The notes: generated from the letters alone by a model not told the origin. 64,000 nucleotides of DNA from Chloroflexota bacterium (GCA_009838735.1 VXQZ01000031.1:1207-65206), one strand, 5' to 3'. Shown: positions 1 to 10,486, counted from the stretch's first letter. Numbers and translations: made by a program.

Positions 1-1
1 A

Positions 2-598
2 GCCACGCTCCAGCGCGCCGCAAAGCCACTCATGGACTGGCTGCTCAACCGACGCGACGCCGGCCCGCAGGGCAATCGAGCTTCGGCGATGGCGCCGCAC
101 GGCGTCTATCCGGCACAGGACGAGGACTCATGGTTGGCCGTCGTGGTCCGCTCAGACGACGAGTGGTCTGCGCTCTGTGGCATCGCACCGCATCTGGATC
201 GACCGGAATGGTCGACCATGCGTGGCCGCCTCAACGATCAGGACGCGCTCGACGCCGCCGTCTCGAACTGGACGCGCAACTACGACGCGATGGAACTGAG
301 CATCCAGTTGCAGGGCGTGGGCGTACCCGCCTTCCCAATGATGGATCCGACAGCGCTGTTGATCGATGACGACTACGCCGCCATGTCCAACGCCAACCTC
401 GACCTCAGCGCCGATGCCGCCGAACCGCTCCGTGGCGGCGCGCTGTACACCGGCACCCCCTGGAAGATGGCCCGAACCCAGGCCGCACTGACCGCCCCGA
501 TTCCCAACCGAGGCGAGCACGACGACGAGATCTATGGCGATCTGTTGGGCATTGACGAAGCAGCACGGGCCGAACTGCGCGAATCCGGAGTGATTTGA
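2..598 (+). CDS. CoA-transferase family III (CaiB/BaiF-like), C-terminal part; 5' end lies outside the window
   Basis: The reading frame is open to the window edge. The translated C-terminal region resembles the family III CoA-transferase fold. Paralogues are at 40553..41740 and 55377..56663. Confidence 0.7.
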   Translation, partial: ATLQRAAKPLMDWLLNRRDAGPQGNRASAMAPHGVYPAQDEDSWLAVVVRSDDEWSALCGIAPHLDRPEWSTMRGRLNDQDALDAAVSNWTRNYDAMELSIQLQGVGVPAFPMMDPTALLIDDDYAAMSNANLDLSADAAEPLRGGALYTGTPWKMARTQAALTAPIPNRGEHDDEIYGDLLGIDEAARAELRESGVI

Positions 599-677
599 TC
601 GCGCTCCGTCACTTGCCGACACCTGCGGGGGGTTATCCTCGCAGCGCTGAACCAGACAGCCAGAGAGGACACCCAAC

Positions 678-1436
678 ATGTGCCACCGATACGAAGCGCT
701 GCCCGCCATCACGCCGATCGCCGGAGCAGCCGTCGACGTTGAAGACCTGACCCTGACCGCCTCCGACGGAACCGAGTTCGCCGCCTTCCACGCTCGCGCG
801 GAATCACCGACCGGCCCAGCCATGGTGGTCCTGCCCGACGTGCGCGGGCTCTTCCGCTTCTACGAGGAACTCGCCATCCGCTTCGCCGAGGTCGGCGTCG
901 ACGCCGTCGCGATCGACTACTTCGGCCGCACCGCCGGCAACGCCAAGCGCGACGCCGAGTTCGACTTCTGGCCGCACGTGCGCAGCACGACCGCCGAGGG
1001 CATCGTCGCCGACACTGCGGCCGCCGTCGCCGTGCTGCGCGCCAACGACCCCGACCGGGCCGTCTTCACCGTCGGCTTCTGCTTCGGCGGCAGCAACAGC
1101 TGGCTGCAGGCTTCATCCGGTCACGGACTCGCCGGAGCGATCGGCTTCTACGGCCGCCCGACGGCCGAGGGCCTCAATGGCGCGCCTGCGCCCTCGGCCA
1201 CTGTCTCCGAGATCGAGTGCCCCATCCTCGGCCTGATGGGCGGAGCGGACGAGAGCATCCCGGCCGAAGCCGTCGCCGAGTGGGACGCCGCGCTCCAGGC
1301 GGGCGGCATAACGCGAGAGATCATCACGTACGAAGGCGCTCCGCACAGCTTCTTCGACCGCACGTACGACGAACACGTCGACGCCTGCAACGACGCCTGG
1401 CAGCGCATCCAGGCGTTCATCGCAGCCAATAGCTAG
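678..1436 (+). CDS. dienelactone hydrolase family protein
   Basis: About 250 aa alpha/beta hydrolase carrying a GFCFGG nucleophile-elbow-like motif and DLH-like overall order (VLPDVRG...GFCFGGS...H near C-terminus). Confidence 0.75.
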   Translation: MCHRYEALPAITPIAGAAVDVEDLTLTASDGTEFAAFHARAESPTGPAMVVLPDVRGLFRFYEELAIRFAEVGVDAVAIDYFGRTAGNAKRDAEFDFWPHVRSTTAEGIVADTAAAVAVLRANDPDRAVFTVGFCFGGSNSWLQASSGHGLAGAIGFYGRPTAEGLNGAPAPSATVSEIECPILGLMGGADESIPAEAVAEWDAALQAGGITREIITYEGAPHSFFDRTYDEHVDACNDAWQRIQAFIAANS

Positions 1437-1475
1437 CAATCCTCATCACGAAGAAGACCAGAAAGGCGGAATCGA

Positions 1476-1862
1476 ATGCGAGTCACAAAATCATCCGACG
1501 GCGACACCAACCAGGCCAACGCCCCGATATTCACTGGCGGCAACGTCTGGGTCCGAGCGCTGGCCGGTTCCATCGGCGGCCAGAACGCGGCCGACGACGC
1601 AGACTTCAACCTGGCGATCGTCCAGTTCGGCGCGGGCGCTCGGACCAAGATGCACACGCACACGTCCGAGCAGATGCTCTACGTCGTCTCGGGCATCGGC
1701 AAGGTCGGCACCGCCGACGAAGAGCACACCATCTCCGTCGGCGATTTCGCCATCATCCCGGCCGGCGAGGATCACTTCCATGGCGCCGCCGATACCGGCT
1801 CGCCCATGTCCCACCTCGCGATCACCCGCCGCGACTCGGTGACCGAGGTCACGGAAGACTGA
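1476..1862 (+). CDS. cupin domain protein
   Basis: 128 aa with cupin motifs (HTHTSEQMLYVVSG ... GDFAIIPAGEDHFHG). Confidence 0.7.
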   Translation: MRVTKSSDGDTNQANAPIFTGGNVWVRALAGSIGGQNAADDADFNLAIVQFGAGARTKMHTHTSEQMLYVVSGIGKVGTADEEHTISVGDFAIIPAGEDHFHGAADTGSPMSHLAITRRDSVTEVTED

Positions 1863-1899
1863 CCGACGGGCTCGTATGATTGCCGGGTCTGAGCGCGGC

Positions 1900-2373
1900 C
1901 TAGTAGCCGCTGCGACGGCCGATTGCGCGTACGTCCCAGGCGGCGATTGCAACTCCGAGCAACAGGAAGAATGCGATCAGACCGAGCATGATGTTGCCGC
2001 CCGCGCCATCGATCCCGGCGAGTTGGCGCAGCGCGATCATGACACCGGCGCTCACCACCGCCAGCGAAATGTAAATCCAATTGTGGATCCACTCGGCGGC
2101 AAAGTTGACCGCAATCGCGACCGCGACCGCCGCGTTGACCACGATCAGCAAATGCACGTCGGCGTGACGGCTCCAGCCGCCCCAGGCCGTGCCGGTCAGT
2201 TCGTTCAACTCAACCGCCGTGCCGCCGCGGATCGCAAGGAAGAGCACCACGATCGCCGCACCGACGGCCCCGCCGATCAGCGGCCGCAGCATCCTCGGAC
2301 CCATCGTGTCCCAGGCGCGCGAGGGCAGTGATCCGAGGCGAGTCCGGCTGTGCTCGTAGCGGTGCTCGGCCAT
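1900..2373 (-). CDS. hypothetical integral membrane protein
   Basis: 157 aa with four hydrophobic helices. Codon usage matches neighbouring genes. Confidence 0.55.
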   Translation of the reverse strand: MAEHRYEHSRTRLGSLPSRAWDTMGPRMLRPLIGGAVGAAIVVLFLAIRGGTAVELNELTGTAWGGWSRHADVHLLIVVNAAVAVAIAVNFAAEWIHNWIYISLAVVSAGVMIALRQLAGIDGAGGNIMLGLIAFFLLLGVAIAAWDVRAIGRRSGY

Positions 2374-2393
2374 GACGCCCTCCCTGCCTCAGT

Positions 2394-3185
2394 CTAGATG
2401 TTGGAGCGGGTTTGACCGCCGTCGACGTTGAGGCAGGACCCAGTCACCCAACTCGCCCTCGGCGATGCCAGGAAGGCGACGACGTCAGCCACCTCCTCCG
2501 GCCGTCCGAAGCGATTGAAGGCAATCGTGTCGAGCACGCTGCGCTGGATGCCCTCCGGATCGGACTCATATCGCGTCTGCCAGCGAGAGTTCGGCCACGC
2601 TATTGAGCCAGGCGCAACCGCGTTGGCGCGAACGTTTAGCGGAGCCAGTTCGAGCGCCAGCGACTTGGCATGACTGTGCATGGCCGCCTTCATCGCGTTG
2701 TACTGAGCCGAGCCGCCCGCCTCGCGTCCGAAGATCGAGCCGATGTGAATGATCGACGAGCTGTCGGCGTCTTCGCCTGACGCGGCTGCCGCCAGATGCG
2801 GCAACGCCGCCCGGGTCGTGCGCACCGCCGCCATCAGATTGAGGTCGAACATGTCCTGCCAGACCTCGTCGCCCTCTCCGCGAAGCGAGACGCCCATGTT
2901 GTTGATCAGGATGTCGAGGCCGCCCAGCGTCTCGACGGCGCCCGCGACCGCGTGGTCTGCGGCGTCGGGATCGCCCAGGTCGGCCGCGGTCCAGTGCGCG
3001 CGCCCGTTGCCGGCTGCTTCGATCCGTGCCGCCGCCTGTTCGAGCGCCTCGGCCCGGCGCGAGCAGATCGATATGTCGGCCCCCTCGGCCGCCAGCGACA
3101 GCGCGCAATACAGGCCGATGCCTTCGGAAGCGCCCGTAATCAACGCTCGTTTGCCCTCAAGCCCAAGATCCATGCCCGCCTCCAC
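2394..3185 (-). CDS. SDR family oxidoreductase
   Basis: N-terminal TGASEGIG Rossmann motif, a YxxxK-region equivalent (YNAMK) and NNMG. Typical SDR length. The start could be the internal M at 3173. Confidence 0.85.
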   Translation of the reverse strand: MEAGMDLGLEGKRALITGASEGIGLYCALSLAAEGADISICSRRAEALEQAAARIEAAGNGRAHWTAADLGDPDAADHAVAGAVETLGGLDILINNMGVSLRGEGDEVWQDMFDLNLMAAVRTTRAALPHLAAAASGEDADSSSIIHIGSIFGREAGGSAQYNAMKAAMHSHAKSLALELAPLNVRANAVAPGSIAWPNSRWQTRYESDPEGIQRSVLDTIAFNRFGRPEEVADVVAFLASPRASWVTGSCLNVDGGQTRSNI

Positions 3186-3229
3186 CCCTGAGCTGAACGA
3201 TTCTCAGTGACGTCTTCGGCATTCATTCT

Positions 3230-5662
3230 ATGACCGCGTACGCTCAGGACATGAGCGCATCCGGCTTCGATCAAATGCTCGGCGTCGATTGGCGAGGGTT
3301 ATCCCTCTCCCTGCGCCAGGGCGGGTCGCTGCTGCGCGCCCTCGCCGGCACAACACTCGCCAACGCCCTGCAGATGCCGCAAACCCACAAGCGGCGTGGC
3401 AGGACGGCCGTCGCTGGCCTGGACGCCCCGGTCGAGATTGTTCGCGATCGGTTCGACGTCCCGCACTGCTTTGCGGAATCGGCCGCCGACGCGCTGTTCG
3501 CGCTGGGCTATGTGCAGGCCCAGGATCGTCTCTGGCAGATGCAGTGGAGCCGTCGCGCTGCGATGGGCCGCCTCGCCGAGATCGCCGGTCCGGCCGCACT
3601 GCCCGTCGACCGATTTTGTCGGACGCTTGGAATCGGACGCGCTTCCGAGCGGGCCTGGGACGAGACTCCTACCCAAGGACGAGACCAACTCTTTCCCTTC
3701 ATCGCCGGCATCAATGCCGCGATAGCTCGTGCGCCAAGACCATTTGAAGCGCAAATGCTGGGCGACCGAATCGGGCCGTGGTCACCGGCCGACAGCGTCG
3801 CCTGGGGAAAACTGTTGTCGATTCTGCTCTCTCCCGCCTGGGAGCAACAACTGATTCGCGCGCGCATTGTCGAGGCAGCGGGAATCGATGCCCTGCAGGA
3901 GATTGATCCGCCGCTATCCCCGGATACGGCGTCCGCCGTCCCTCCCGACGCTCAGTACGGCGAGCTCGCCGATCCGCTGATCGCAGGCGCGAGGGCAGTG
4001 TCCGAGCTGTTGGGATTGCAACGCGGCGCCTCCAACAACTGGGCCGTCGATGGACGCCACACCGCGAATGGCGTGCCGCTCTTCGCCTGCGACCCGCACC
4101 TCAACCCGGTGACGCCTCCGCACACCTACTTCGTCCATCTGCACTGTCCCCAGTTCAATGCCGCCGGCGCCAGCGTCCCCGGCCTGCCCGGCATCGTCTG
4201 GGGCTTCAACGATCACATTGCCTGGGGACCGACGGCCGCCATGATGTCGATGAATGTCGCCGTCGTCGAACAACTCTCGGACGACGGAAGCAAGTCACTG
4301 ACCCCTGACGGATGGGTTGACATCACTCAGCACAATGAGACGATCCAGGTTCGCGGGCACCCGGACGAGCAGATCATGCTGCGCGAATCCGTGAACGGCC
4401 CCATCGTCAGCGACGTTCTGTCCTCGGACATCAATCGACGCTGGAACGGGAGCCGTGCCATCTCATTGCATTCGCGAATCCTCGCGCCGCGTCACGGCGG
4501 CGGCGGAATCGCCGACATGCTCTCTGCTCGCGACTGGGATGAGTTCAGCGCAGCGACCGGCGACATGGCCGACTTCAACCTCTGCTATGCCTACGCCGAC
4601 CGGCAACGCGTCGGGCTGCGGGTCAGCGCCGACGTTCCCGCAGGCGACATGGCGACGCTGAGATTCCCGGCTGCCGGCTGGGCCCCAATCGATCTCGGCG
4701 GTGCGCCCACCAGAGCACTCAGCGGCGACGAGCTGCCGCATATCGTCGATCCACTCGGCGGCGTCGTGGTCAGCGCCAATGCTCCGCTCGTTCCATTCGA
4801 GGAGAGCTGCTTCGGCGCGGAATATCTCGATCCCGCCCGGGCGGCTCGCATTCGCGAGCTGCTTGATGAGACGGGCCCGCACACCACAGAGACCTTCGCA
4901 GCCATCCAGTCCGACAAGACCTCGTTGCCGCTGCGGGAGTTCGCTCGCCATCTTCCCGACAACTCGATCACCGAATGGGACGGGGAAATGAACGCCAGTT
5001 CAGTCACCGCTGCCATCGTCGCGGCGACGTTGATTGAATATCGGCGGATCGAATTGACCGACTTGTTGGGAGCGCCCGGCCGAGATCTCCTCTCGCCATT
5101 GCTGGCTATTCCCACCCTGGACATCTTCGCTGCTCATGCCACCTCGTGGGCGCTCAAGCGAATCGCCGCCAACCCGGAGGCGGCAGGGGAACGCCTGGCA
5201 GAAGCTCACACCCGCGCAGTCGATGTGTTGCGGCGGCGGTTCGGATCGGACCGCGCCACCTGGACCTGGGGTCGCTGTCGCCATTTAATTCTCAAACACA
5301 GCCTTTCCGACGCGCCGGTCATCGGTTCCTTGCTCTCCCCAGGCCCGTTCGCTTATGGCGGCGAGGCCGACACCATTTCCCAGTCCGGCGTGCTCGGACT
5401 GCGCCACTTCGAGTCCTCGACCGCGATCCCGGCGCTGAGGCTGATCGTCGAAATGAGCGATCCGCCGCAGGCTCAGTTTGCCCTCGCCGGGGAACAGATC
5501 CACCATCCGCTGCACGCCAACGGACCGCTCACCGATGCCTGGCTCAAGGACCGGTACTTGCCGCTACTCCGTGACCGTGAGCAGATCGAATCGGCATCGA
5601 AGGCCTCTGCAACCAGCCGGACGCAGCGCTTGCAGCTTGTTCCCAGGGCTTCGGTACACTGA
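3230..5662 (+). CDS. penicillin acylase family protein (Ntn-hydrolase; penicillin amidase / acyl-homoserine-lactone acylase-like)
   Basis: 810 aa. It carries the hallmark SNNWAV nucleophile motif of the beta subunit and GYVQAQDRLWQM in the alpha subunit. Confidence 0.85.
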   Translation: MTAYAQDMSASGFDQMLGVDWRGLSLSLRQGGSLLRALAGTTLANALQMPQTHKRRGRTAVAGLDAPVEIVRDRFDVPHCFAESAADALFALGYVQAQDRLWQMQWSRRAAMGRLAEIAGPAALPVDRFCRTLGIGRASERAWDETPTQGRDQLFPFIAGINAAIARAPRPFEAQMLGDRIGPWSPADSVAWGKLLSILLSPAWEQQLIRARIVEAAGIDALQEIDPPLSPDTASAVPPDAQYGELADPLIAGARAVSELLGLQRGASNNWAVDGRHTANGVPLFACDPHLNPVTPPHTYFVHLHCPQFNAAGASVPGLPGIVWGFNDHIAWGPTAAMMSMNVAVVEQLSDDGSKSLTPDGWVDITQHNETIQVRGHPDEQIMLRESVNGPIVSDVLSSDINRRWNGSRAISLHSRILAPRHGGGGIADMLSARDWDEFSAATGDMADFNLCYAYADRQRVGLRVSADVPAGDMATLRFPAAGWAPIDLGGAPTRALSGDELPHIVDPLGGVVVSANAPLVPFEESCFGAEYLDPARAARIRELLDETGPHTTETFAAIQSDKTSLPLREFARHLPDNSITEWDGEMNASSVTAAIVAATLIEYRRIELTDLLGAPGRDLLSPLLAIPTLDIFAAHATSWALKRIAANPEAAGERLAEAHTRAVDVLRRRFGSDRATWTWGRCRHLILKHSLSDAPVIGSLLSPGPFAYGGEADTISQSGVLGLRHFESSTAIPALRLIVEMSDPPQAQFALAGEQIHHPLHANGPLTDAWLKDRYLPLLRDREQIESASKASATSRTQRLQLVPRASVH

Positions 5663-5693
5663 CTGACTTAGACGCACAACGACGACCGACTGG

Positions 5694-6401
5694 ATGTCCG
5701 CCTTGTCCCAGCTGAGCCTCGAGCGCCACGACGACATTGCCGTGATCAGCGGCGGCGACACGCTATCCGGCGATTTCATCAGCCAACTGTCCGACTTGAG
5801 CTCGGTCGATGCCGATGACGTGCGAGTGGTGGTTCTGCATCCCGACGCAGGTGTGTGGTCGGGATTCGATGGAGTGACTGAGGCTGGCGACCTGTTCGCC
5901 GGATTCGCAGAAATCGCGCAGCCGACGATCGCCGTACTGGACGGACCAACCCTGGGCGGAGGTCTGGAACTGGCGCTGGCGGCCGACATCCGTGTCGCGG
6001 CATCGGACTGTCAGATCGGTCTCGAGGCGTTGACGGTTGGTTTCCCGCGGGCCGGCGGCCTACAGCGCTTGACCCGCGCAATCGGCCGTTCTCGAGCTAC
6101 GCAGCTGTTGCTCCTGGAAGGCCAGATCGATTCCGCCACCGCCCTTGATTGGGGATTGGTCAATCTCGTGGCCGACAACGCATTTGAGGCCGCCTGGCAA
6201 GTGGCCGTCTCGATCGCTTCCCGAGGACCGATCGCAACTCGCTACGCCAAGGACGCGATTCGGCACGGACTCGACATGCCGCTGGCCCAGGCGTTGCACT
6301 ACGAGACCGAGCTCACCATTCTGCTTCAGGACACGAACGACAGAGCCGAAGGCGTTGACGCCTTCGTGAACAAACGAGCGCCAGAGTTCAGCGGTACGTG
6401 A
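5694..6401 (+). CDS. enoyl-CoA hydratase/isomerase family protein
   Basis: Crotonase fold motifs (GGGLELALAADIRVA...) and a C-terminal FVNKRAPEF. Confidence 0.85.
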   Translation: MSALSQLSLERHDDIAVISGGDTLSGDFISQLSDLSSVDADDVRVVVLHPDAGVWSGFDGVTEAGDLFAGFAEIAQPTIAVLDGPTLGGGLELALAADIRVAASDCQIGLEALTVGFPRAGGLQRLTRAIGRSRATQLLLLEGQIDSATALDWGLVNLVADNAFEAAWQVAVSIASRGPIATRYAKDAIRHGLDMPLAQALHYETELTILLQDTNDRAEGVDAFVNKRAPEFSGT

Positions 6402-6429
6402 TCCCGTACGCGCAGGGAAGGCATATGAG

Positions 6430-6678
6430 ATGCGACTGATTCTTGATGAGGAAGAAACCTGGTCGTTGATGACCCTGATCACCGCCCAGGTGCTCGATCA
6501 GGTTGAACTCTCCGAAGAGGGGGGCCAGGCAATCCGCGACTGGCGCGCCGGCGTCGTCGAAGGCAACGCGGCGATGGAGGCTGTGGCCAACGGCGTCAAC
6601 GAGGCCCTGGGCAACACGATCGACGAAGAGCTGACCCGCCAGATTCGTCGCCGCGACTACTACCGAACGGTCCGCTAG
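6430..6678 (+). CDS. small hypothetical protein (82 aa), tandem paralogue 1
   Basis: ORF with good codon usage. It is clearly paralogous to the next ORF (LILDEEETWSLMTLITAQVLDQVELSEEGGQAIRDWRAG versus VELDIEEAWAIFSQVVNHMLEEVEIDKSDRAAIRRWKSG). Confidence 0.55.
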   Translation: MRLILDEEETWSLMTLITAQVLDQVELSEEGGQAIRDWRAGVVEGNAAMEAVANGVNEALGNTIDEELTRQIRRRDYYRTVR

Positions 6679-6715
6679 CCGTCCGCATTCCGCGAGGACA
6701 GAGGGGAAGACGATC

Positions 6716-6958
6716 ATGGTCAAAGTAGAACTCGACATCGAAGAAGCCTGGGCGATCTTCAGCCAGGTGGTCAATCACATGCTCGAGGAGGTGGAGATCG
6801 ACAAGTCTGATCGCGCGGCCATCCGCCGCTGGAAGTCCGGCGAGATGCGACCCGGCCGCGAGGAGATGGACGCGCTCCACGAAAAGATCAACGCCGACAT
6901 CGAGCGACTCTGGGAAGTCCGGCGCAAGAGCGAGATCCGCAAACCCGACTGGCGCTAA
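6716..6958 (+). CDS. small hypothetical protein (80 aa), tandem paralogue 2
   Basis: Paralogous to 6430..6678. Its stop overlaps the start of the downstream crotonase gene. Confidence 0.55.
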   Translation: MVKVELDIEEAWAIFSQVVNHMLEEVEIDKSDRAAIRRWKSGEMRPGREEMDALHEKINADIERLWEVRRKSEIRKPDWR

Positions 6959-7692
6959 TGACCCAACCGTTCGTCGACTACGACAAGCCCCTCAATGGCG
7001 TCGCCAGCATCAGCCTCAATCGGCCCGAGGCGCTCAACGCGATCAACATGGCGATGCGCGACGACCTCTGGACGTTCATTCAGGCCGCTCGGCTTGATCC
7101 TGATGTCCGGGTCCTGATCTTCCGCGGCGAAGGCCCACGAGCCTTTTCCGCCGGCGCCGACATCTCGGAATTCGGCAGCGCGCCTTCGTTGCACGAATCG
7201 CGGGAGGCGCGCCGACAGCGCGATCTCTGGGCGCTCCTGGAAGATCTGCCGATCCCAACGATCGCGGCACTGCACGGCTTCTGCTTTGGCGCCGGTATCG
7301 AACTGCCCCTCTATTGCGACCTACGGATCGCTACGGAGAACACGCAGATCGGACTGCCCGAGGTCACGCTGGGCTACATCCCCTCCGCCGGCGGCACCCA
7401 GCTGATGCCGCGCATCGCACCGCCCGGCGCGGCCAGCGGCCTGATTCTGAGCGGCGATCCGATTGATGCCGATCAGGCCCTGCGCTGGGGGATCATTCAC
7501 CGTGTTGTCGCTCCGGAGGAGTTGGATGACACCGTGCTCGCCGTCGCTGAGCGGCTCGCCGTAGCCGATCCGGCCGTCACGGCAGCGCTAAAGCGCAGCA
7601 TCCGGCGCGGGCTCGATCTGTCTATGTCTGCTGCGATTCGACGGGACACGCAGACCGCACGGCGTTTGGCCAATAGACTGTCTGATCGTTAA
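6958..7692 (+). CDS. enoyl-CoA hydratase/isomerase family protein
   Basis: LNRPEALNAI, FSAGADISEF and GFCFGAGIELPLYCDLRIA crotonase motifs. Confidence 0.85.
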   Translation: MTQPFVDYDKPLNGVASISLNRPEALNAINMAMRDDLWTFIQAARLDPDVRVLIFRGEGPRAFSAGADISEFGSAPSLHESREARRQRDLWALLEDLPIPTIAALHGFCFGAGIELPLYCDLRIATENTQIGLPEVTLGYIPSAGGTQLMPRIAPPGAASGLILSGDPIDADQALRWGIIHRVVAPEELDDTVLAVAERLAVADPAVTAALKRSIRRGLDLSMSAAIRRDTQTARRLANRLSDR

Positions 7693-7752
7693 CCCCTTCA
7701 CATCCGCATTCGGCCCGAACCATGCAACCGGCCGGGCCAGGGAGACTGAGTC

Positions 7753-9324
7753 GTGAATACCGCCGATTTCCTCGAACTGTCCGCCGCCGTCGTCCCCGAC
7801 CGCGCAGCCCTGATCTGTGAAGACACGGTCAAGACCTATGCCGATCTGCAGGCCGAAGTGACCCGGCTGGGCAACGCCCTGCAAGGCCTGGGTCTGACCC
7901 GCGGCGATCACGTCGGCGTCATGTCCGTCAACTCGGCCGAGTACGTGATCATCTACTACGCCTGCGCCAAGATCGGCGTCACCTTCGTCCCGCTCAACTA
8001 CCGGGCAAAGCGCGAAGAGCTGACCTACATGATCAACACGGTCGAAGCCAAGGCGATCTTCATCTCCGACCGCTACCAGGACCTCGTCCGCGCGATCAAG
8101 GACGACTGTCCGACCGTCCAGAACTACATCGCGCTTGAGCACGATGTCCCGCTGGGTCAGCAGCACTATCGCGACCTGATGGCGTCCGGCTCCGACGACT
8201 TCCTCTGGGCCGAGGTCGACGACAAGGATCCGACCGTCATCATCTACACCTCGGGCACCACGGCCATGCCCAAGGGCGTCCAGGTGACATACCAGGACCT
8301 CACCGTCTACGTGACCAACACGATGTCACCCGCGGACCCCGACATGCCGCACGAAAAGACACTGCTCTCGGTGCCGCTCTTCCACATCGCCGGCGCGACC
8401 ACCATGGTGTCCTCAGTCTGGGGTGGCCGCACCCTGGTCATCCTGCCGCAGTTCTCGCCGCACACCTGGATCGACGCGGTCGATGGCCACGGCATCACCC
8501 ACTCGATGGTCGTTCCGACCATGCTCAAGCGCACGATGGAGGATCCGCACTTCTCCAATTTCAATGGCGAGACCCTCCAGCTCCTGACCTATGGCGCTGC
8601 GCCGATGCCCTACGACGTGATCCGCGCTGCCGTCGATGTCTTCCCGGCCAACGTCGGATTTATGAACGCCTATGGCCAGACCGAATCGACCAGCTCGATC
8701 TCCTTCCTCGGCCCCGACGACCACCGTCTCGATGGCTCGGCCGAAGAGATCGCGGTCAAGGAACACCGGCTGCGTTCGGTCGGCAAAGTCATGCCCGACA
8801 TCGAAGTCCTGATCATGGACCCGGCCGACCAGGTCGTCGGTACCGGCGAAGAGGGCGAAATTTGCGTCCGCGGCGATCGGATCATGGCGGGGTATTACAA
8901 GCAGGAAGAAGAAACCGCCTCGGCCATCCGCGACGGTATCCTGCACACCGGCGACGTCGGCTATCTCGACGACGAGGGTTACCTCTTCATCACCGGCCGG
9001 ACCAAAGACCTGATCATCCGCGGCGGAGAGAACATCGCGCCCGGCGAGATCGAGCAGGTGCTTGAGGCTCACCCCTCCGTCGCCGAGGCGGCGGTGATCG
9101 GCGCGCCCGACCTCGAGTGGGGCGAAGTTGTCAAGGCCGTGGTCATCCTCCACGAAGGCGAGGCACTCTCCCTGGACGACGCGGTCGCCCACACCAAGAG
9201 TCAACTGGCCAGCTACAAGGCTCCCACCTATCTCGCCGTGGTCGACACCCTCCCTCGAAACCACATGGGCAAGGTGCTCAAGAACGACCTGCGCAAAACC
9301 CACGGCGAAGCCAAGAACGGCTAG
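7753..9324 (+). CDS. AMP-dependent acyl-CoA synthetase/ligase (fatty-acid-CoA ligase)
   Basis: AMP-binding signature YTSGTTAMPKGV and GYGQTE. Length 523 aa. Confidence 0.9.
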   Translation: MNTADFLELSAAVVPDRAALICEDTVKTYADLQAEVTRLGNALQGLGLTRGDHVGVMSVNSAEYVIIYYACAKIGVTFVPLNYRAKREELTYMINTVEAKAIFISDRYQDLVRAIKDDCPTVQNYIALEHDVPLGQQHYRDLMASGSDDFLWAEVDDKDPTVIIYTSGTTAMPKGVQVTYQDLTVYVTNTMSPADPDMPHEKTLLSVPLFHIAGATTMVSSVWGGRTLVILPQFSPHTWIDAVDGHGITHSMVVPTMLKRTMEDPHFSNFNGETLQLLTYGAAPMPYDVIRAAVDVFPANVGFMNAYGQTESTSSISFLGPDDHRLDGSAEEIAVKEHRLRSVGKVMPDIEVLIMDPADQVVGTGEEGEICVRGDRIMAGYYKQEEETASAIRDGILHTGDVGYLDDEGYLFITGRTKDLIIRGGENIAPGEIEQVLEAHPSVAEAAVIGAPDLEWGEVVKAVVILHEGEALSLDDAVAHTKSQLASYKAPTYLAVVDTLPRNHMGKVLKNDLRKTHGEAKNG

Positions 9325-9330
9325 CCGACT

Positions 9331-9380
9331 GCTCAATGGGCACATCGACCGATTCGCCTTCGTCGGTGTGCTCATTGAGC
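9331..9380. terminator. imperfect 13 bp inverted repeat with nested ACCGA/TCGGT stem just after the acyl-CoA synthetase stop
   Basis: gctcaatgggcac ... gtgctcattgagc, 12 of 13 complementary, with a nested inner stem. It lies 7 bp after the stop codon. Confidence 0.4.
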
Positions 9381-9453
9381 CCTGCCCACACTATCCACAA
9401 CTGAATCCACCGGTTTAACGACTGCGCATCTCAGGCCTCCCTAGCGTGGCCTC

Positions 9454-10443
9454 ATGCCGCGACTACCTCTGCTTGGAGTTCTGCTTGTCGCCGTCATCGT
9501 CGCTGCGTCGGCCTGGCTGGCAATCGACGCTCGCACGGATCCCGAACCCCTGCCGGTCGCCGAACATCTTCCTCGGGACGATGAGCAACCGCAGCAAGAG
9601 GAGTCCCAGGATCAACCTGAGCCGGGGCCCGAAGAAGAATCCGATCAGGAACCGACAGACAATGAGTCGGACGGCGACGCCGCGCAGGAGTCAAAGGAGG
9701 ACGAGGACTCAGGGTCGACGGAGCCGCTCGAGCCAGCGCTGGAGCCGGTCGACATCCTGATCGCAGCGCTCGATGTGCCTCGACCCCAGATCGAGCCGGC
9801 GCCAAAGCCCGAGACGACCGTTGTGTTGGACCTCGAGACTTACGTCGTCGAGACCGGCGACACCCTCGCCGACATTGCCGAAACGTTGGGGATCGAGTTG
9901 CACGATCTGATCGCGGCCAACGAGCTTGACTCGCCCGATCTGCTGTACGTCGGTCACGAGCTGGCCGTCCCCGTAGAAGTCGTTGCCGCTGAACCGTTGG
10001 AAGAGACCGATCCGTCGTTCGAGCCTGTTGAGATTGCACCGGCGATCACCGGGGACGGCATCGTCTACGGCACTATTCGTGACCGTGAGCGCGGAGTCGT
10101 CAACAGCGCCGTGATCGCGACATCGCTGACCGACGCGTCTGCCCGGCTGGTAGAGGCCTGTGTCGACGGCGTGCGGCGCACCTACATCATGGGACTGTCG
10201 TTGCCCGATGGCCCTACCCGCATCTACTGGCGGTTCGACGAGGGCCCATTGAGCACTGATCGGTGGACGGCTGGCGACGATCTGGTTGAGTCAATCCACA
10301 GGTGGCCCTTCCTGCACACGTTGGACGAACAGGCCGGAATCCGCATGCTCTGGATCAGAATCGGCGGCCAGGATCTGACCTTCGGCATTGAGAACCTGAT
10401 TCCCGACGAGATCCACGCGAACTTCTCCCACTGCGGCAGCTGA
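9454..10443 (+). CDS. LysM domain protein with N-terminal signal/TM anchor and acidic low-complexity linker
   Basis: The N-terminal hydrophobic helix is followed by a D/E/Q/P-rich stretch. A LysM-like segment reads YVVETGDTLADIAETLGIELHDLIAANELDSPDLLYVGHELAVP. The C-terminal roughly 120 aa are unassigned. Confidence 0.65.
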   Translation: MPRLPLLGVLLVAVIVAASAWLAIDARTDPEPLPVAEHLPRDDEQPQQEESQDQPEPGPEEESDQEPTDNESDGDAAQESKEDEDSGSTEPLEPALEPVDILIAALDVPRPQIEPAPKPETTVVLDLETYVVETGDTLADIAETLGIELHDLIAANELDSPDLLYVGHELAVPVEVVAAEPLEETDPSFEPVEIAPAITGDGIVYGTIRDRERGVVNSAVIATSLTDASARLVEACVDGVRRTYIMGLSLPDGPTRIYWRFDEGPLSTDRWTAGDDLVESIHRWPFLHTLDEQAGIRMLWIRIGGQDLTFGIENLIPDEIHANFSHCGS

Positions 10444-10486
10444 CAGTCCCGCGCGGGCCACATGCGATAATGCCCCAACGCACAGA

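Noticed and set aside
3228-3599. Numerous 60-300-aa Arg/Pro/Gly/Ser-rich ORFs in alternative frames of real genes (for example 3228..3599, 20128..21024, 27951..28820, 30642..31988, 19512..20231)
   Set aside because: These are shadow ORFs of high-GC coding regions: out-of-frame or antisense to strongly supported CDSs, with compositionally biased translations and no motifs.
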